Assembly (NCBI GenBank): GCA_032718475.1
Contig: JAUCBJ010005028.1
Coordinates: 51,450 to 115,449, forward strand
Length of the DNA stretch: 64,000 nt
Direction of reading: 5' to 3'
DNA from: Nemertoderma westbladi
Taxonomy: Eukaryota; Animalia; Xenacoelomorpha
Shown one piece after another: positions 25,041 to 37,994 of this stretch. The notes under the pieces are model-generated. The model saw nothing but the letters and a program-made list of their open reading frames with translations. It was not told the origin of the DNA and made no database searches. Each line of letters begins with the position of its first letter. The first letter of the stretch is position 1. A program made the position numbers and the translations under genes.

Positions 25041-26146
25041 TGTAGGCCTGCTTGCTTCACTACACTGTACCAGTACGAAGTGCACTGCGCTTGGATAATG
25101 TGCACTGAAGTGCGCTAACATATCTCTATTTTGCGAGAGTATATTTGGGTAACTGTTTGGATATAAAGTACCTCATATTAATACTTTATTATTATTATTA
25201 TATTAAAAAATGTATATGTTAATATATTTGTTTTTGAGCGAAATTGAAGTCAGCTCACCCAGACGAGTATTACAAATACAGAGAAGAATTTCATAGTTTG
25301 ATAATTCCGCTATAATATGAAATTATTAAAAAATTACAATCTACCATGATAATTATTGTTCCGCTACCTAGTTCATGTAACAAAAAGAGACTTTGAAGAC
25401 TTCAAAAAATGAAATCGAAATATTACAAACTAAACTGTTTGGATGGCCTATTTATTTATGCATCATAAAGCCTATCTATATGCTTATTGATTCCAATATA
25501 TTGAGATCTTCACATATACATACATACTGTACATATTCATTATATTTATTCTAGTCGAAGATAATCACTTATAAATGTTCAATAATTAATTTATAATCTA
25601 TTAATTTAATATAACTCACTAATTTTATTGGTCACTAAAACAGTTGCCTTTTTCCATTAAACTTAAATGGTTTTTCCACTAATTTTTGCCACTAAAATAT
25701 ATACATTGGTCCTCTAAAATATTTTAATCATCACTAAATTGTATTATTTATTACCCAAAACCGACTGTAGCCTATTCTTTTGCATTTCGTTAAGTGTTTC
25801 AGTTAGAATAACGTGCCATTGTAACCTGCTCTTTTCTTTTTCTTGGTGATAATTCATAGATATGATTAGTAATTTATAATTAATATATTTTAGTGATGGT
25901 CAACATTTAGTGGAAACTTTATATTTTAGTGATTTTCCTGTATGAAAATGTGATAAAATGGATTTTATTTTTATCAGGTAGAAAAATTACTGCCATTAAA
26001 TTATGTTCAATTGAGTTAAAACTGAAGGAATAACAACTTTGTCACATTTTTAAAGCATTTTTTCACAAATTTTTAAAGCCTCTCCAAATATTTATATCTA
26101 AAATAATATATTGTATAAATACTACCATAACACGCCTTTTTAAGTC

Positions 26147-26548
26147 CTTTGATTTATGAGGAAGAAATAAAATACAGTACTATACCGGTACCGGTTATAA
26201 ATTATTAACAACTATCAGAAACTAAGATGATCTACGATTAATTATTTAGGTGTCTAATACTACTGTCGACATGCTGCATTGCAGCTGCATTATATAAATA
26301 TATAGAATAAGAATGATATGTCGGCTTGTCATAGATTATATGAATTTCAGAGGCGTCTCAAGAAAGTTATGGGGTGTCCACCAAGTATATTATTCTCTCC
26401 ATGAGGCTGGGCCGCCATAGCACATGGCAGGTGCCTCCCGTGCATTGGTTGACCCTCACGGTGACTTCTCACACCACTTATTGTACTCAAATATACATAA
26501 ATAAGTCATCGTGTACATAAATATATGGACATATATGTTTATATGGAC
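26147..26548. repeat. ~400-bp direct repeat, copy 2
   Basis: Matches 20494-20891. Confidence 0.9.
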
Positions 26549-27054
26549 AGGGGCTATCTCAACACTTCACTTCCCAGCATGACCTACTAAAGACATCTTT
26601 AGGTCATGTTCCCAGTAACTAAAATGAGGTAAGTTCACCACTTCCATAAACCACAATCCACAGCAATTAAATAGGAGTTGTTGACGTATGGTGCCAAATC
26701 CGTCAACTTTATCCAGGTTAGCTAAATATTAATCGGCCTTGGTGGGATCCATGGAGGCCTGTAAACATTGATGTAAAGGCTTTTGCGTAATTAGCCGGTT
26801 ATTTTCCCTTAAAGTACTCTGTAGTTGGTTTGCCAGGCATAAAAAGGCCGTGTCCTTGCTGTACTGGTGTTTTAGAGGACATAAAAGTCATTTCTTATGT
26901 ATTTGTACTGTATTTGTACTTTAGAGGACATAATCCACAATCTCGTGACGCAATAGCTGGATACTTTGAAACAGTGTCGCTACCATGACGACGGCTAGCA
27001 GCTGATATTGCCACGTCGACGTTTCTTTGTTTCTTTGTTCTCTCGTTGTTCAGG

Positions 27055-27120
27055 TTGACCAATCAGAGCGTTTGTTGTCTCTGTGTTGGAGGTATATACA
27101 GAAACTCAGTAGTTCAGTGT
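27055..27120 (+). promoter_or_regulatory. Putative Pol II promoter (CCAAT box, TATA-like, TCAGT Inr), possibly in the retroelement 5' LTR
   Basis: GACCAATCAGAG is followed by GTATATACAG and then TCAGT motifs. Short motifs only. Confidence 0.35.
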
Positions 27121-28335
27121 TATGTTTTTTGCCCAGAGCCTAAGAACCGGCTTTTGGCACCTCCGTGTTTTCAGTTTTTAGTCTTACACTAGTAGGTTTA
27201 ATTATAAGGGCATATATCCTTTAACTGACGTACCGATCAAACTCATGGAATCACTGATCTGGGAATACACTGACTGCTGACACACGGCTTTTAATAACTG
27301 CTGAAACTGCTAAAATTACCTGCTCAATCGATACTGTGTACTGCTATTTGTTGTCGGTTATTCATTATATTGGTTGATGAATTATTATATTGGAATAACG
27401 AGAAATAACCCCGAAAACCCAATATTCTTGATATACCGAAGGTAAGAGAGAAAGGTTACCAATAACGATTGTGACTTATGTTAAAGTGGTTTGAAGTGAA
27501 TCTAATGTTATTTGATAGACCCTACATGAGTCAGTCTGTGTTCCTTTTATATGTGACTAAAATCAGTGAAGATTGGCAGATTAGTGTGCAGTATTGTGCA
27601 GCATTGTGTATGAGTGAGTCTGTTAAAGAAGCAATTCCTAAAGAATGCGCCATATATGTGAATTATAATTAAGCCATATCGTTGTGAGTAGTTTAAGTCA
27701 TAACTCTGTTTATATAGATAAAGCGCCACGTCCTAAAGGAACTGTTAATATTCCCCGAAGGTGAATAATATTGTCAGAGATTATATAATACTGTCAGTCG
27801 AATAATACATTAGGCTTACATAGCAATAAAATTAAACCGTCGAACCCAATCTCCCGGGAATATCCAGCGGGTGAATGATCGCGCACAGATTGGTTTCGAC
27901 TAGTGTAGTGAATCAAATATTTGTCATAGGCTAAAAAGCGATTTAATATCTAGAAGACATCCTAATTTGGCGGGTTAAACTGCCAAAGGTCTGAAAGCGC
28001 GAACATTAAAGGATATAGCTTCTTTATTGCGGTAAGCAATAAAGTTGAAAGTACCGGTCAACCGGTAAACCTGAACGGTCCATCTGTAGGTCCGTAGGCC
28101 TAACTGTCCTAACCGGTACTTCCGTATAAGTACAGTAGTATTATTCGATTTGATTATATATGCCGGTAGGTCTTAATAATTAATCGGGGACGCCTGGTTT
28201 TTATTGGGATTTTTACTTAGGCCTATTTCTGTCAGTTTTATTTGTTTGTAGGCCAGTATTGAACAGAAGGCATGTAAACCTGATCAGATTGTGCAGACGA
28301 TTTGTAGGCTGAGCTGTTGTCTGATTGCTGTTAAG

Positions 28336-28860
28336 TCTGAACGGATTGCAGTGTGTGTAGATCACCTGTCCGATTAAGTACGGTTAGGAAGTAGGGGCAG
28401 CGAACGCTGTAAGGTAAACCCCCAACTAAAGAATAAGTCGCACTACAGGGTTAGAGCGCATACTCCCTAATCATTTCGGAGTCTGCATGTCCTGTAGTTT
28501 ATTTAGGCTTGAGAGTAGTCTGCCATCGTTTAGTCTGTACTTTGTTTGTGTAAGTCTGTACGGGTAGCGTATAATTTTATTTAGATAATTTGTAGGCTGG
28601 ATAGTTGTCCGGCTGTTATTAGGTCTGAACGGATTGCAGTGTGTGTAGATCATTTGTCTGATTAAGTACGGTTAGGAAGTAGGGGCAGCGAACGCTGTAA
28701 GGTAAACCCCCAACTAAAGAATAAGTCGCACTACTGGGTTAGAGCGCATACTCCCTAATCATTTCGGAGTCTGCATGTCCTGTAGTTTGTTTAGGCTTGA
28801 TAGTAGTCTGTCAGTGTTCGGTCTGCATTTTGTTTGAGTAGTTTGTACGCGTAGCGTAAT
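28336..28860. repeat. ~287-bp tandem duplication upstream of gag
   Basis: GTCTGAACGGATTGCAGTGTGTGTAGATCA... recurs at 28336 and 28623. Confidence 0.85.
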
Positions 28861-30180
28861 ATTTATTATTCAGAGTTTATGCGATTATTCGCAACATTCA
28901 CATTCCCCAAGTTTGTTCCTACAGTAATTGTGTTTGTTATACATACCGTTATAGTTAAATTAACCCCGGTACTACACGGGCTGCTTGGCGTAGGTAAAGA
29001 CTGGTGATTTTGTGCATCGGTCACTCCAGCAGATGCCGTGGTTCTTTTAGCTGTTCAAGTATATTTAACTACAGATTATATGTTATACAAGTACTCGTAC
29101 CTAATTTAGGGTTTAGTGTACAGTGCTTTCCGAAAGTAATTAGTGTAGGCATTATATTTGTGTTGTAAAGTGGTTGATAGGCACGTTCGATTAGCTCTAT
29201 TAACTTCTAGGTAGGAACACTCCGTGATACATAACGTAGAACCTATAGCGATACGGCTATAGGTCGTCAGGCGGTGGTATTTTCCTATCTGGACAACGCA
29301 GTGTATTTACTACTACTTATTATTTTCAAATACCGCAGTACCCTGTCAGTTGTAATAACCAGATTCTAACCCTTTGTTAGGCTGGTTTGTAGACTTCTTG
29401 TAAAATTACCCTAAAAATTCGTATTTTGTGTTTTTTGTAAATTTTTGTGTTTATTTAGAGATTGTAATCTCAACCCGAATCGTACGTAATTTGTAGTATT
29501 AAGTAACTTAGGTAAATTAGAATTATTTGTTTTAGTGTCCTATAAGTAACACTTCACTGAAAGCGCACCGCTTTGTGTAGTGATTAATCCCCAGAAATAA
29601 TAACATTTATTTCAAATATTGACAAAATCCATTAAAACGGGTATATATATATTATAAATCAAATCTAACGATTTATAAATAGTAGGCCTGCCATACAACA
29701 ATTAGGTCTCAATATCAGTTGGTCTACTGCTCAAATAGCGGTAATAAAGTAAGTAAAGTAACCAAGTAACCCTAAAAATTCAGAAATTCAATTATTTAAA
29801 ATAATTGATATACCGGTATTTACGATAGGCCTATTATCTTTATTTCTGTAAATTTAGGCTGAAATTATACCGGTACTTGTAATTAATTCTAGTCCAGAAT
29901 TATATATACTACAAATTGTAAGCTGTATACCGGTATTCCCGATAGGCCTATTATATATTTATATATATTTGTGCTAAAATTATACCGGTATTCTGAGATA
30001 AACCTAGTCTGTAATAATACTTATATATACTATAAGCATACCGGTATTCTAATATATTATATATCACGCTACACTGAGTAGCAGTACCGGTAATTAATTA
30101 CTAGGCTAGTAGTTAATACTGAGTTACTAGACTTACTCAGACTGTAATACAGCAGTAGACATTCCACGGTATACATAGTC

Positions 30181-33100
30181 ATGTCTGATACTAAGCAGAA
30201 CCTGTCAGACAGTTTATTAGATGTAACTATCTGCGACTCAGATAGAGACGTACAACCGTCTGGTCGTAAGTTCAGTTCACCTCCCACTGTGAGGAAGGTC
30301 ATCCCTCCAGTAGTAATAACAGAACCTAGGCTAGTCCAACATCGTAGGTCTATCATAGGCACCCGAGCTCAGGTCAAGCGGGACCAAGAAGCAGCGGACC
30401 AGCAACAACCCGCTAGTCAAGAACTTATTCCTCAGCGGCCCAGCAGCTCCAGTAGTGAGGATACTGTAGAGCTGACACCCGAGCGCGGAGCAGAGATGAC
30501 GGATGCGGTTTATACGGATCCCCTTCTCATCCTTCCTGCAGCCGTACTCACTAGGTTATTGATCGCGGTGGAAGAACACCAGATCGATTGGGCGAGAAGT
30601 CAACGGTCAACTAGAGATAGTTATGCGGGATACACGAGTGAAGAACTGAAGTCTATTGTCGAGTCGCAATGGAACTTCCCCGGACCCGGACTCCCGTTTG
30701 ATTTATCAGAAGCTGCCTGGGAAGACATACACCGGATGGGAGTAGCCAAGGAAACCATCGATCCAGCTGTGTGGAAGAGGTCCGCAGCCGGATACGCACA
30801 GGGATTCTTCAGCTCTATAGAGCGATTAAAAGAACAACTGTTTCAACAACCTCAAGGACCTCAAGAGCAGGGATTGCTGCTTTATCAAGTTAGAGAAAGA
30901 ATTCTACGAATCAGGCTAATCTTATCAGCCTTTGAGGAAGCTTCTAAACGAAGACAAGACACGTCGTTGCAAGTCGCCGTAAAGACTTGGTTTCAAAGGG
31001 TGAATCTCCAGGTTCAAGGAACAGCTCAGTGGAAAGCTCAGCTGGAGGAGCGATCAACCCATGGAGAATCAACAGACGCCACTTTTTCCCAAGTGGAAAG
31101 TGAAGCGACGGCAGAGAAACCACATAAGAGAGATGCCATTGACATCTATCTGTCAGACTATCAGCGTTTTTTAGGTGATGACGAGTTGAGGAGAAGGTTA
31201 GATGGACTTAACCCTAATAGCGAAGGAACCAAGCTTGTGTTGGATGCCATCGATGTGGAAATGAGGGCTGCGAATCAGGCTAAATTTGATGAACAACTCC
31301 GCCTGACACGAGTCCAAGAAGAACAAGTAAAGAAAAAACGTATAGAAGACAGAAAGGCAGCGGCAGTAGCAGCAGCAGTGGCAGCTGCAGAAGCAGAAAT
31401 AAAAGCGGCAGCGGCAGAGGCAGCGGCAGAGGCAAAAGCGGCAGCGGCAGAGGCCGAAGCGGAAAGAAAAGTGGCGGAGGCAGTGGTAGAAGCAGAACGG
31501 AGAGCGGCTGAAGAAACCACCCAATTAGAATTGGAAAACATTCAGGAGAATCAAGACTGCATAAATAAACAGTTAACAGCTAGTAATATGCAGATGATGA
31601 ATCGATCTACTCCCAAAAGACAGGGATATACATCATCTGAGGAAGGCGATACCACCGATACTGAAGGCAAGGGAAATAGATCTCGTCTAAGTAGACGTAA
31701 AAGAACATTCCACCGTCACAAATTGCCTGATTTGCCTCCAGCTGTTAGAAGGCAACTAAATAACACCAACTTAGGTAGTACAGAGCCCACAGACCAAATA
31801 ATTAAAATAGAAAGACTCCCTACTATAGTAGATGAGCCTGAAATAATTAGGCCTGTTCTTGAAATCACCCCTTCGGTGATAGACACACCTGTGCTCCCTG
31901 AAACTACCTCTAAATTCCCTCTGCATAGCACTAAGCTACCTGTGCCCCGCAGAACTGCCCAGGAGACAGTTCAGGTCCTGGACCCCGAGCGAAATATTCA
32001 CAATTTGTCGCCCGTTGTCCCTCGTCCGCCCGATACAACGTTGGCGACTCCCGCTTCGGCGGTCGAATGGGTGGACGAGAGACGGCGGGGGATGGATATC
32101 CTGCTCGGGCAGATGCAGGAGACTGTCCAGCAATTCAAGGGCACAGTAAGGGAAAGTAGGCTAGAGTTGCAAGAAGTGCAGCAAAGTATCGCGCTTGAAC
32201 GCGATAAATTAGTAAATACACAAAGGGGTATACCACCACCCTCTGTAACAATGTGTCAACCTGTTAGGTCTGAAGTATCTCATGCGCAAGGTGTGGAGCC
32301 TACACGCATATATACTGCTAGCGAAGTTGAAACTCCTATAGTGAACCCTTTTAAGGGTAATTATAGACCTGTTGATAATGATATTCCATATAGAACTGAT
32401 CATAATCCGAGAAATTTATATACCGATAACTAGGGTGGCACTTATTTGACATTTTTTGTGTTTTTTTCGAAATTCCATCGGGACGCCCCCGCAACCGGTT
32501 CCAATGAGCATAAAAACAACGTGTGTAAAAGGATTTTGAAAAATATTAATATTTAGAGGTGCCGCAACGAGGTCAAAGTTTGCTTATTTTTTGCAAAAAT
32601 GGAAATCTATTTTTACTTATTTATAAATTTTCCACGTGTGAAATATATCCTTTTAGGCTTTAATATGTTTACATTTGAACTAAATAACACATTTTGTACA
32701 CATTAAAATATACAAGTTGACCTATAACGCGTTTCCCACCTGACCCACAGATGGCTAGTGCTACTCGTACACGGTCAAAGACCGCAGTATACCTCCTGGG
32801 GCATGTCGAGGAAGACATCCACGGCTCCAAGCTGCCGTCGATTCGACAGGCACTTGGGTACTTCCTGCATCGGCATCTCGACGACAAGCTGACGAAGTCG
32901 GATGCCGCGGCCCAGACGCTGAAGCTGATCATCCCGTTCTGGGACCGTGCCCGGATCCCTGTCCAGAAGGAGCAGCGCGGCCGCGAGCGTCTGCTCAAGC
33001 TCTTCGACGAATGGCGGAACATGAACAAGAGCAGCAGGCGGCGCTCCGCGACTCAGACCGCCAACGAGGAGAAGTTCAAGGCAAAACTCGACGACCTGTT

Positions 33101-36100
33101 CGACATCGCTCATGGTGATGCTCTGAAGCTGATCCGCCTGGAGGAGGACAAAGCTTTTCTCCTCGCACAGCGTGAGAAGGGGCGGCGCGGTACAATGGCG
33201 GGAACGGACGAACAACAGGCCGTTCTGGAAGCGCGTCAACATCGGCGAATGACGAGAACGGAGGAGAGGCGCCGTCAGGTGGACGAGAACAAGCGCGAGG
33301 CTGACGAGAGGTACCAACTGGCGTCGAGCTCCAGCTCGAACAATAACTCCGACGACGACGCCCAGCCAGGGACGTCGGCGGCTCCCTCTCCATCTCCACC
33401 AAAGCGTCGTGCGACGACGAAGATCGTCGACGTCGGTCTCTCGTCCGCGATGGACCGGACGAAGATGTCCAACCGACAGGCGGTGCACGTCCTATCTGCG
33501 GCCGCGCGGAGCTTTGGCGTGGACCCCGCTTCTGTCGTGATGAACCGCGAATCGTTCAGGAAAGAGCGAATCAAGTTCCGCCAGGTGTCGGCCGCTGAGA
33601 TCAAAGCAGCGTTCGCACCAGACGTCCCCTTGACGGTCCATTGGGACGGAAAAATCGTCCCGGCCGTGGACGGTGGCCCGAGCGAGGATCGCCTGCCTGT
33701 TTTGGTTACCGGCGACGGAGTAGCCAAGCTCCTCGCCGTACCCAAGCTCCCGAACGGGAGCGGTGACGCCCAGGCGACAGCGGTGATGAACGCCTTGGAC
33801 GACTGGGACATAACCCAACGGGTGGCAGCTTTGTCGTTCGACACCACGGCATCGAATACCGGTACGTCGAACGGGGCCTGCACGCTCATCGAGCAGCGTC
33901 TTGGCCGCGAGGTGCTTCATCTGGCGTGTCGCCATCACGTCTACGAGCTGGTGGCCGCCAAGGCCTACGAGGAGTGCATGGGAGGGACATCCGGTCCGGA
34001 CGTGCTCCTCTTCAAGCGCTTCAAGGAGAACTGGGCCTTCGTCAACATCGCGGCGTGGGATGCAGTCGGCGCCGACGACGAAGCGCCCCCGGCGCTCTTG
34101 GACAGCCGCGACGACCTGATTGCCACCTTCCGCCGCCACCTCGACAACGCCCAGCCACGCGACGATTATCGCGAGCTGCTTGAGCTGGCCGTCATCGTCC
34201 TCGGCGGTGTCCCGAAACGAGGCGTGCGCTTCCAGCGCCCCGGTGCCCTCCACCATGCGCGGTGGATGGCCAAAGTGATCTACGGGCTCAAGATCTACTT
34301 GTTTCGGGCCCAGTTTAAGCTGACAGCCAAGGAGCTGAACGGACTGCGGCGCTTCGTGGTGTTCGCGGTGCTGGCCTACATCCCCGCGTGGTTCGTCGCG
34401 CCGCTCGCAGCGTCCGCTCCAGCGAACGACTTGGCATTCGCCAAGAGCCTCGTGGCGTTCCACGACAAGGCTTTGGCGAAGGCGACGGCCAAGGTCTCCG
34501 CCCGCCACCTCTGGTATGTCAGCGAGTCGCTCGTCGCCCTCGCCTTCTTCGACGACGGCACGTCGCTGGCGACGAAGCGAGCCATGGTGAAGGCATTGGA
34601 GGAGGAGGGCAGCGACGATCCCGCGCGGCGCATCAACGTCGACATGACGAGCGATGGAGTCGGCAAGAAGTCCCTCGCCGACTTTGTAACAAGCTCGTCG
34701 AAGAAGCTCTTCCGCGCCATGGGCCTCGACAGCGAGTTCCTCGACAGCGACCCCGCGGATTGGCACACCGACGAGGTCTACCTGGCCGGCGCCCGCCGCG
34801 TTCGCCGCCTCAAAGTTGTGAACGACTTTGCGGAGCGCGGCGTCGCCATGATGCAGGAATTCAATCTCTGCCTGACTAAGGACGAGTCACAAAGGCAGTA
34901 CCTGCTTCAGGTTGTCGAGGAGCACCGCCGGAAGTTTCCGGACGCCCGCAAGTCCACCGTGACCTCTGCAAACTAACATTGAGGGGCTAATACTCGGGAA
35001 GAGGGGGACCTATAGACTCAAAAATGTTAGTCAAAATATGTTATTTAGATATGTTATATATGAATATATATTAAATATGAATATGTTGAAGCCTAAAACT
35101 GTAAATTTCACACTTGGAACATTTATAAATAAGTAAAAATAGATTTCCATTTTTGCAAAAAATAAGCAAACTTTGACCTCGTTGCGGCACCTCTAAATAT
35201 TAATATTTTTCAAAATCCTTTTACACACGTTGTTTTTATGCTCATTGGAACCGGTTGCGGGGGCGTCCCGATGGAATATCAAAATTTCGAAAAATAAGTG
35301 CCACCCTACCGATAACTCGATATTAAATAACACGATGGCCCAAGAAAGTTTTACGCGTCAAATGGCTAGAACCGAAGCCCGGCAAGCGGTAAAGGTGGGA
35401 GAGATCGTCAAGTTCAATGGAGATGAGATGAAATGGTTACCTTTTAATGAATATTACAAAGATAACATACAGAACTCTGTACTATCTAATGGAGAAAAAC
35501 TTAGATACCTCATCGAGTGCTTGGAAGGATCTCCCAAGTTAATGGCGTTAAAGTTTATTGGACATCCAGACGGATTAAGACAAGTTTGGGATACACTAAA
35601 CATCAGGTATGGTAATAGGAATAACATAGCTGGGTATTTGTATGCAAAGTTGGTAGCGCCCCGAAAGTTTATTAGCAGCGGGATTATAGAGTTTTCCGAT
35701 GAAATTCAGGAGATCTGCAGACAATTAGATTGGCTAGGTAAGTCTCATGAGTATCAGAGTGCTATGGTTATTAGAGCAGTGGCTTCTGCTTTACCGAAGG
35801 GTGGAGTAGGTACACGCTGGGATAAGAAAGTGTTATATATGATGGAACAACAACGACGAGACCCTACCATGGCTGATCTCATGTCATTCTTAGATGGAGA
35901 AGTGAAATTACAGCTCCTAAGGCAGTCCAGAGAGAGGACATTGGAAAACAAGGTAAGTGAGAAACCCGTTTCTAGGAGAAGGGTAACACCAGTATGTTAT
36001 ACCGACGACGGTGAAAGCCAAACTTCTCAAGGAGAGGACAGCGGGAAAGACACTGACAGATCTTATTATGTCAATAAAATGCCTAAAGATCAGGTAAGTA

Positions 36101-36519
36101 AATCCGAGTCTCGACCCAATGACAGAAGGGAACCGGTACAAAAAACCCTTCCTACGTCTCCTAAAAGAATTCAGGTGAGAAAGCCCGAGGAAAGAACAAG
36201 TGTGCACCACATAGCACAGGTTAAAGTAAGTAACATCAAGCCGAAATGTGTGCTGTGCGACGGGCCCCACCGTTTAAATGCGTGTGATAAATTCCTGAGG
36301 AAATCACTAAAGGATAGACGTGAAGTCATGTGGGATAAGCGGTTGTGTTATAATTGCCTCAGACGAGGACACCAACGGCGAACCTGTAACTCCGACGCAA
36401 GGTGTGCAAAGTGCGGCGCAAAACATCATATCTTGTTGCACACGGAATTCGAACGAAACAACCCGAGTCAGGTAAGTGTCAAATGTCAAATTCATGTCAT
36501 GTCAAATTCAGTGATGTGA
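30181..36519 (+). CDS. BEL/Pao-type Gag (~1150 aa after removing the hATm insert; 30181-32430 + 35317-36519)
   Basis: The halves rejoin in frame (YTDN|SILNNTM). It has a DUF1759-like region (KFNGD..KWLPF...KLRYL) and the BEL triple zinc knuckle CVLC..H...C / CYNC...H....C / CAKC...HH.LLH. Confidence 0.85.
32431..35308 (+). mobile_element. Full-length hATm DNA transposon, 2878 bp
   Basis: Ends are TAGGGTGGCACTTATTT...AAATAAGTGCCACCCTA, with ~200-bp imperfect TIRs and an 8-bp TSD CCGATAAC (32423-32430 / 35309-35316). Confidence 0.93.
32751..34976 (+). CDS. hATm transposase, 741 aa, intact
   Basis: Motifs VHWDGK, FDTTASNTG, LACRHH, HHARWMAK and VVNDFAERGV. Confidence 0.9.
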   Translation: MASATRTRSKTAVYLLGHVEEDIHGSKLPSIRQALGYFLHRHLDDKLTKSDAAAQTLKLIIPFWDRARIPVQKEQRGRERLLKLFDEWRNMNKSSRRRSATQTANEEKFKAKLDDLFDIAHGDALKLIRLEEDKAFLLAQREKGRRGTMAGTDEQQAVLEARQHRRMTRTEERRRQVDENKREADERYQLASSSSSNNNSDDDAQPGTSAAPSPSPPKRRATTKIVDVGLSSAMDRTKMSNRQAVHVLSAAARSFGVDPASVVMNRESFRKERIKFRQVSAAEIKAAFAPDVPLTVHWDGKIVPAVDGGPSEDRLPVLVTGDGVAKLLAVPKLPNGSGDAQATAVMNALDDWDITQRVAALSFDTTASNTGTSNGACTLIEQRLGREVLHLACRHHVYELVAAKAYEECMGGTSGPDVLLFKRFKENWAFVNIAAWDAVGADDEAPPALLDSRDDLIATFRRHLDNAQPRDDYRELLELAVIVLGGVPKRGVRFQRPGALHHARWMAKVIYGLKIYLFRAQFKLTAKELNGLRRFVVFAVLAYIPAWFVAPLAASAPANDLAFAKSLVAFHDKALAKATAKVSARHLWYVSESLVALAFFDDGTSLATKRAMVKALEEEGSDDPARRINVDMTSDGVGKKSLADFVTSSSKKLFRAMGLDSEFLDSDPADWHTDEVYLAGARRVRRLKVVNDFAERGVAMMQEFNLCLTKDESQRQYLLQVVEEHRRKFPDARKSTVTSAN

Positions 36520-37994
36520 ACGACACTGATCAATCTGAGATGGAAGGATTCTATACGGATGAGTTCTCCGACCAAAACGAATCCTGTTACCTAATAAACA
36601 CCACCGCAGTGTATCGAGCACTCGTGTATGAGAAAGACACAGACAGCGACCTTACCTTAACTACTTCCGATCAACAACCATCTTGGAAAGCGCCAACTTC
36701 CAATATAGGAATCCGAGAATTTCCTGTAGTCCAGTTACGGGTCCACGGACCTCAGAAGAGCTATATAGTGAACGCCCTCCTGGACTCCGGTAGCACAGGA
36801 ACATTCATCGATAGGGAACTAGCCGAAGTCATCTTTGCTGGACAACCCAAGTTCCGAACCAAGCTAAACATGTCAGGGATCATGCAGGTTTGGAATTCTA
36901 CTGTAGCTGCCGACTATTATATAGGTGAGTTGTCCACCCCCCAGGACGAACTAGGAGAACATAGCATCAGGTCAGTGAAAATGGTGGCTATAAAGAACTT
37001 CGCTACTACTCAAGCAGACCTTTATAATTGGGACGAGGATGAGAGCATCCAACATCTTAACATACCTCGATTCCAGACTGATTATCCTGGAGTGCAAATA
37101 CTCATCGGCCAAAACGCGCATGAGGCGCTGGAGACATTAGAGAAACGGCCTGCTCAACCGCAGCCACTACAGACCTATGCGGTAAGAACTAGAGTAGGTT
37201 GGTACCTTACTGGACCTTCCGGTAGAACGCTCAGGGAAAGACTGCTTCAAGATCGCGTCTGCCAGGTGAGTGAATGGGAAGATGATACTAGTGAGGGAGA
37301 CGACCCAACTGAGGGAACACCACACTCCTCAGATAATGACAATCTTAGCTCCAATGTAGATCAATGGAGATATTGCCCCAAGAGGTTTAATCCAACGGAC
37401 ATCGCTTCCAGAGGAGCAACTCCTCAAGAACTGACAGATACTATAGACCGGTTAGGTGAACCCGACTTCCTGAGTAAGGAGGATGAATGGCCTCCCCATC
37501 TTACTCCGACTGAGAATAGACCAGCCAAGGGAGCGGAGAAAGTTAAACCTAAAACCCGGACGAGTGGAGCGGAGTTATTTGAACCCGGGATAGATCTGTC
37601 GGTATTACATATTGCCAGGGACGACGCCGTGGATCTGGACCTCCCCACCGCGAGTGGATCCTTCATGAAGATCAGAGAGAGCGATTGGAGCTCTGGAACA
37701 TCAGACGTCTCGCAGGGACTCTCACCTCTCCTGCAGGGAGCGACGGACCACTATAGCTCCTGGAATCGGCTTTGTAAGGCCGTCGTGTACTTAGAGCGAT
37801 GTTTCTATCGTCACTATTCCAGGACGAAGAGGAAACCTGGAATTGTATTCGGGATGCAGCGACTCAATCACCCAGTCGGTCGTTTGTGTTTACCGGAAGG
37901 GAATGGAGGACTCTCCGGAAACTGTGGAAGGCAAGATTCTCTTCCCACGACCACCTCCCTAATCCTTCAAACATCTAGGGACTCCATAACGTAA
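36402..37994 (+). pseudogene. BEL/Pao pol remnant: aspartic protease fused to post-RNase H fragment; RT and integrase absent
   Basis: ALLDSGST, ILIG and AVRTRVGWYLTGP, then a jump to QWRYCP..FNPTDIASRG and YSSWNRL. It is in a different frame from gag. Confidence 0.8.

Noticed and set aside
32775-34879. Long antisense and alternate-frame ORFs
   Set aside because: Shadows of the GC-rich transposase.
36472-36511. Mini-intron joining gag to pol (CAG|GTAAGT...CAG)
   Set aside because: Splicing would place TGA directly in frame. A local GTCAAAT duplication better explains the frameshift.
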